A DNA stretch of 64,000 nt. Source: an uncultured delta proteobacterium. GTDB lineage: Bacteria; Desulfobacterota; Binatia; HRBIN30; BPIQ01. Of this stretch, positions 58,972 to 64,000 are shown one piece after another. Positions within the stretch are counted from its first letter, which is position 1. Each line of letters begins with the position of its first letter. Made by a program: the position numbers and the translations under genes. The stretch lies in the NCBI GenBank assembly GCA_963761335.1, contig CAVXGR010000009.1, positions 58,545 to 122,544 on the forward strand. Reading direction: 5' to 3'. The notes under the pieces were generated by a model. The model had not been told where the DNA came from and did not search any database. It worked only from the letters and a program-made list of their open reading frames with translations.

Positions 58972-60661
58972 TCACTCCTGCCGCCATCGCTGCCGGAGCG
59001 CCTGGGACAGCGGTTGCGCCGGAAGGCTCCACGACCAATCCACGGACGGCCGGACCCAGCAGACGCGTTGTGCCTGCAGCCCCCAGCGCCTCGACCAGTC
59101 CGCGAGCCGTCGGGCAAGGCGCCGCTCATCCGTCTCGTCGTGTACGGTGATCTGCCCGAAGTCCCGACCCGGCGGCGTGTTGCCGGAGAAACCATTGATC
59201 GTCGGCACCCCGGTCAGCAGCGCCGCCCACATCGCGTCGAGCTGGTGTTTGTCGTTCTCGAATCCGGAACGTCCGGCCCCGGACCCCGCCAGCGGCGTGA
59301 AGAGGAACGCGCCGCATTCGCCGCGGATGCTGCCGGCCAGCGATGCCACATCGCGGCGAACCGCGAGCTTGTCCCAGGACGGAGTCGTCTGCGCCTGCTC
59401 GAGTACGCCGATGGCGAGCACCAGCGCCAGCAGCACGCGGCGCGGACGCATCTCGTCGACGAAGAACGCCACCCCGAGCCCGGCCGGGATGAGCATCAGA
59501 ATGCCGATCCGCGCCACCGCGCGGATGGCGGCGGCACCGGGCACGACGGCGAAGACCAGCCGCCAGATCCACGCCCCAAGTGGAAATGTGGTGACGCAGA
59601 GAGCCAGCGTAGCGGCGACGAGCAGGATCAGGCGTGTCCCCGATCGCTCCGCCGCCAGTAGAGTCCGATGCCGGCGATGACACTCGTCGCCAAGCCGATC
59701 CCCAGCCGGTGCTCCTGATCCTGGACGAGCGAGCGAAACACTCGCACGCCGTACTGCCACCGATACAGTCGGCTGAACGGTCCCAGGTACAGCCACGACT
59801 GTGGCCTCGGCAGCATCGGCTCGATATCCGGCCACTGTCTGAACCCGATGCGACGCGCCGCCTCGAGATAGTGGGCGGCGAGCGGGACGGTGGCGGCAAC
59901 GGCGATTGCGAGTCCGATCGCGACCGCCGGCCAGCGGCGGCGCAGCGTCTCGATCAACACGCTGCGGTACATTGGCAGGACGCCGGCCCACAGGCCGGAT
60001 ACCAGCAACGCGAAGAGGAGGAACCAGCCGGTGTAGAAGCCGGTGTAGAGTTGCGCCACCACCGCGGCAAAGAAGACCGCGAGCCAGGCCACCGGGGCCG
60101 GCCGCCGCGAATCCTCCCGCCACTGTGGAAAGATGCGATAGAGCGAGTAGAGCGCCGCGATCACATAGAACTGGGAGAAGAGCTGCTCGTGCCCTACCTG
60201 ATTCACGCGCGGCGCGCCGAAGGCGAAGAGAAATGATCCGAACCCCGCGGCCAGGGGGCTGGCCCCGATGGCGCGCCGCAGCAAGAGCCAGAAGGCGACG
60301 AAGTCGAGCGACAGCACCGCCATCGACCAGAGCTGAAACGCCGTGTCGTAGGGCAAGCCGATCGTCCGCCAGATTGCATAGGCGGGCATGACGGCCAGCT
60401 GCACGTCGCCGAATGCGGCGACATCTGGGACGGGGAAGAAGAAGTCGGGGCTCCAGAGGTCACGGTGGCCACCCGAGGCCAGCCAGCGATACTCGTGCTC
60501 GAGGACGTAGTTGTGAACGTGTCAGGCAGCCGCTCGAAGCCGGTGAGCAGCGTGGGATGAAAGGCGAGCACCAGGCCGACCGCCCAGAAGGCGGCCGGCA
60601 TCAGCGCGTTGCGAAGCACGCGTCGTATGCTGACGGTTGCGCGTCCTCGATTGGCTGGCAT
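58972..60661 (-). pseudogene. YfhO-like / GT-C polytopic membrane protein, split by frameshifts near 60520 and 59650
   Basis: Three overlapping minus-strand ORFs join: HPTLL..|HNYVLEH..W...FFFP...|...IRAVARI...LDAMWAA..TG.PTINGFSG. Confidence 0.65.
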
Positions 60662-60777
60662 TTGCGTCTTGGATGACCTAGTCGTCGCGTCGATGCGACA
60701 GGCGCTGATATCGCATGCATCCACCGCGGAGCGACTTTCGTGAGCCATCGGCTTACGGCGCGCAATCACCCGGGTGC

Positions 60778-62925
60778 ATGTCTCGTCGCGAGGCCCCCTC
60801 AGTGAGAATCTTCTTCCACGGGAATCTGCGCCAGCTCAGCAGCTTCTCGATCATCAATCGGCAGATGATCGGCGGACTGCGCCGACTCGGTCATCACATA
60901 TCCGTATTCCCAACCGATGATCCAGCGGCAGCGCGCCCCAACCCTCCGCCACCCGACGTGTACATCTTTCACGGGCATCCCTGGGAAGCCAGGAGCGCGC
61001 CGGGTCGACTGAACATCTTCGCGCTGAACTACGAGTATCTGACTCCCAATCGCGCCCTGCGCCAGCTGGTGGCGCGGCTCAACGCCGCCTTCGACCTGGT
61101 CGTCGTACCTTCCGCGTTCGCGAAGCCGGTGCTGGCGGCGGCTGGTCTGCGCCTGCCGCTCGAGGTCGTCCCTTGGGGCTACGACCCGGTAGAGTTCCAT
61201 CCCGGCGTACACCCGGTGGCGCTCCCGACCGCGAAGTCCTTCGTGTTTCTCTACGTCGGGGCGGTGAACGAGCGGAAGGGCATCGACATCCTGTTGCAGG
61301 CGTATCTGGCCGAGTTCAGCGCCGACGACGATGTCGTGCTGGTCATCAAGGAATCCCAGCGCCACCCGACCTGGACGCGGTGGCTGTCCGACGTGCAGCG
61401 GCGCCACCTCGGCGATGGCGGCGATCACCACGCGGCCGGCCGGCGTCCCGAAGTGGTGTGGCTGCACGAAGCATCGCGCTCGGTGGCCGCCTATTTCGCG
61501 GCCGCCGACGTCGGCGTGTTTCCCCACCGCGGTGAGGGCTTCGGGCTGCCGATCCTCGAGTGCATCGCCAGCGGCCGCCGGGTCATCGTCACCTCGGGCA
61601 CCGGTCCCGCGGCGTTCTGCAGCGAACGCAACGCCTGGCGGATTCGCGCCAGCCGCATTTGCCGTCGCGGGCACGTGGCGCCGGAGCCCGAGGCGCGACA
61701 CCTGCGATCGTTGCTGCGGGCGGCGTACGCGCGCGGCAAGCCGACTGTTCGCCAGCGAGTCGGCACTGCGCGAACGGTGCGGGAGTGGACGTGGCCGCGC
61801 TCCGTGGCGGCGCTCGATGCGGTGATCCGGCGCCATCTCGACCGCCTCGACGACCGATCCATTTCAACTCAGCGGCGCGTCTCCGCAGTCAGCGCCAGGG
61901 CGCCGGTGCTCGCGTACGCGTTCCACTCGCGCGGCGTGACCAGCTGGAAGAAGCTCTGCACAGAGATCGACCGGAGCCTGGCCACGCGCTACGCGGGCTA
62001 CCGGGCGTTCACCAGTCGCGATCGCTTCGACCTGCGCGCCGTGGACGTCGTCCTCGGGCAGTCGGAGCACTGCCTCGAGGTGCTGCTCAAGGCGCGCCGG
62101 CTCAACCCCGGCGCGGCGATCATCGTGCACCAGGAGTGCACCGTGCTCGGCGACCGCGTGGCGATCGTCAATCGCGAGCGCAAGCGCTGCGGCCTCGCAC
62201 CGATCGCGATCAGGCCGATGGATTTCTGGCGCAATCGCTTGGAGAACGCCCTCGCCGACCGCTTCCTCGTGGCCAGCAGCGTGGCGCGTGCGGCTTCGTG
62301 ACCAACGGCTTCGCGCCGTCGGCAATCGACGTGCGTCCCTTACGGCATCCGCAGCGCCGCCTTCCATTTCCGCAGCCGCGCCGCGACGACCCGTTTTCTC
62401 TTCGTCGGCACCGACCCGTTCCGCAAGGGCGTGCGCCACCTGCTGGCCGCCTGGGATCGCGCTGCGTTGCCCCGAGCCGAGCTGATCTGCATTACCTCTC
62501 CGGAGGTGCTGCAGTCGACGCCGCTCCTCCGTTACCTGGTGCGCAATCCGAATATCACCATTCGGCCGCTGTGCTCGCCTCGCGAGTTCGTGCGACTTTA
62601 CCAGGAGATCGACTGCCAGGTGTTGCCGTCGCTGGAGGACACGTTCTCGGTGGCGGTGGGGGACGGCATGGGGATTGGTAAGCCGGCCATCGTCTCGACC
62701 GCAACTGGAATCCGGGATCTGATCACGCACGGAGTCAACGGCCATGTGGTTCCGGCGGGCAACGTCGATCGTCTTGTCGAATCCCTGCAGCACTTCGCCG
62801 CGGACCGCCGGCGACTGAGGACGATGGGGGAAGCGGCGCACGAAACGGCGCGCCGATTTACCTGGCACCGTTTCCGCCGAAGCGTCGGCGAGCTCGTGGA
62901 GACGGTCTGGGAGAAGGGGAGGTAG
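60778..62925 (+). pseudogene. Two-domain GT4 glycosyltransferase with frameshifts near 62290 and 62333
   Basis: Domain 1 RKGID...GEGFGLPILE; domain 2 RKGV...PSLEDTF...MG.GKP; frames rejoin as ...GFVTNGFAPSAIDV-PYG... Confidence 0.75.
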
Positions 62926-62931
62926 TGTCCC

Positions 62932-63942
62932 ATGCCGCCGCATCTCGAGCCGTTGGCAACCGACGAACGCCTCGCCGTCGCCATCCCGACCAAGAATCGA
63001 CCCAGCTATCTGGTCGCCCTGCTGGCGTCGCTGGTCTACCAGACCTTCGAGGATTGGCTGCTCGTCATCAACGACTCGAGCGATCCGCCGGTCGAGGAGC
63101 ACGCGGCAATCCGCGATCTGCTGACCCTCATCCGCTCGCGCGGCCATCTGGTGCGGACGATCCGCACGGCGACCGGTTGGGATCGACACCAGCAGGCCAT
63201 GGACACCGTACCGGCGGATGTCGAGCTCGTCCTTCGTGTCGACGACGATGTCATGCTGACGCCCCGGTTTCTCGAGGACGTGCAGAAGCCGTTTCGCCTC
63301 TTCGCGGATCGGCCTGTCGCCGCCGTTGGCGGCAGCGTTCCGGAGCCGCACCTCAAGGCGCTCGATCTGGCCCTCCAGCTCACCGAGAAGAGCTGGGCGC
63401 CGACGATCGACGAGCCGAGCTGGCGGTTGCAGGGCAACCACTACACGGCGCGGGAGGTGCTCGAGGTCGAGAGCCTGCTCGGTCATGCGATCTGCTATCG
63501 GCGCTCGGCGCTCGCGGCCGTGGGTGGCTGGGCGGTGAAGGGGTACTCCCAGCACGCCTTCCGCGAGGAGACCGACGCGTGCATGCGCTTGCGGGCCGCG
63601 GGCTACGAGCTGCTGTTCACCACCGAGGCGCTTGCGTGGCATCTCTACGCCCCCGACGGCGGCTCGCGACAGATCGAGAAGACCGCGGCTGGTGTGGTCC
63701 TCACCTCCGAGGTCGGCGAGCTGCGACTGGACGAGGCCATCTTCCGGAGGCGCCTCGCCGCCCTCAAACGCGACGGTCTGACGGATCGTACCCTGAAGCG
63801 CTATCGCCTCGTGGATCTCGCAGGCGACCGGCGGCGCGCGCTGCCGATGATCGGCCCCGCCGGCCGGGCCAAGCAGCTGGCGCGCCGAGGGCGCCGTGCC
63901 CTCGGCCGGGTGCTGCGCGGTCTTCTCGGGAAGCGCGTGTAG
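62932..63942 (+). CDS. GT2 glycosyltransferase
   Basis: IPTKNR, INDS, RVDDD, GGW...REETD..MRL. Confidence 0.85.
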   Translation: MPPHLEPLATDERLAVAIPTKNRPSYLVALLASLVYQTFEDWLLVINDSSDPPVEEHAAIRDLLTLIRSRGHLVRTIRTATGWDRHQQAMDTVPADVELVLRVDDDVMLTPRFLEDVQKPFRLFADRPVAAVGGSVPEPHLKALDLALQLTEKSWAPTIDEPSWRLQGNHYTAREVLEVESLLGHAICYRRSALAAVGGWAVKGYSQHAFREETDACMRLRAAGYELLFTTEALAWHLYAPDGGSRQIEKTAAGVVLTSEVGELRLDEAIFRRRLAALKRDGLTDRTLKRYRLVDLAGDRRRALPMIGPAGRAKQLARRGRRALGRVLRGLLGKRV

Positions 63943-64000
63943 ACCGTCCGGCGGCTGTGGATTGAAATTCCGGGAGGCTCGGGCGCCGCGCCAGCGGACG

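Overview
GC-rich bacterial chromosome segment. The gene content and repeat landscape resemble Binatia/Deltaproteobacteria-type genomes, but this is an impression, not a tested assignment. 1-49 kb is mostly housekeeping and accessory metabolism: thiolase, BON lipoprotein, class V aminotransferase, SDRs, enoyl-CoA hydratase, MenA-like prenyltransferase, 2-oxoacid dehydrogenase E1a/E1b/E2, ClC channel, P450, Uma2, GNAT, Fic, MFS, thioesterases, USP, GH8, PurM, PilT/PilU ATPase, RND pump, Xre-RES toxin-antitoxin pair, SagB-type oxidoreductase, methyltransferases, SWIM-SNF2 helicase, DMT and ZIP. The most striking region is 49.3-64 kb. It holds three PqqD/RRE domains (two stand-alone, one fused to a GT2) and an unannotated 54-aa peptide with a lasso-type YxxPxL leader and a very short putative core (YGPTEI). 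It also holds an HPr-kinase-like enzyme, about 7 glycosyltransferases, a GT-C-like membrane protein and a GH-like protein, but no lasso cyclase or peptidase in the window. This is a candidate undescribed glycosylated/phosphorylated RiPP or peptide-primed glycan system. Two other notable items: (i) four copies of a non-coding element with shared ends and two interchangeable cargos, each flanked by CTG at the same position in a palindromic host repeat; (ii) two paralogous surface proteins that appear to carry a circularly permuted DOMON/CBM9-like domain split by an internal IPTL-CTERM-like anchor plus a second signal peptide. Several genes carry small frameshifts that may be sequencing errors. 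No rRNA, tRNA or CRISPR array was recognised.
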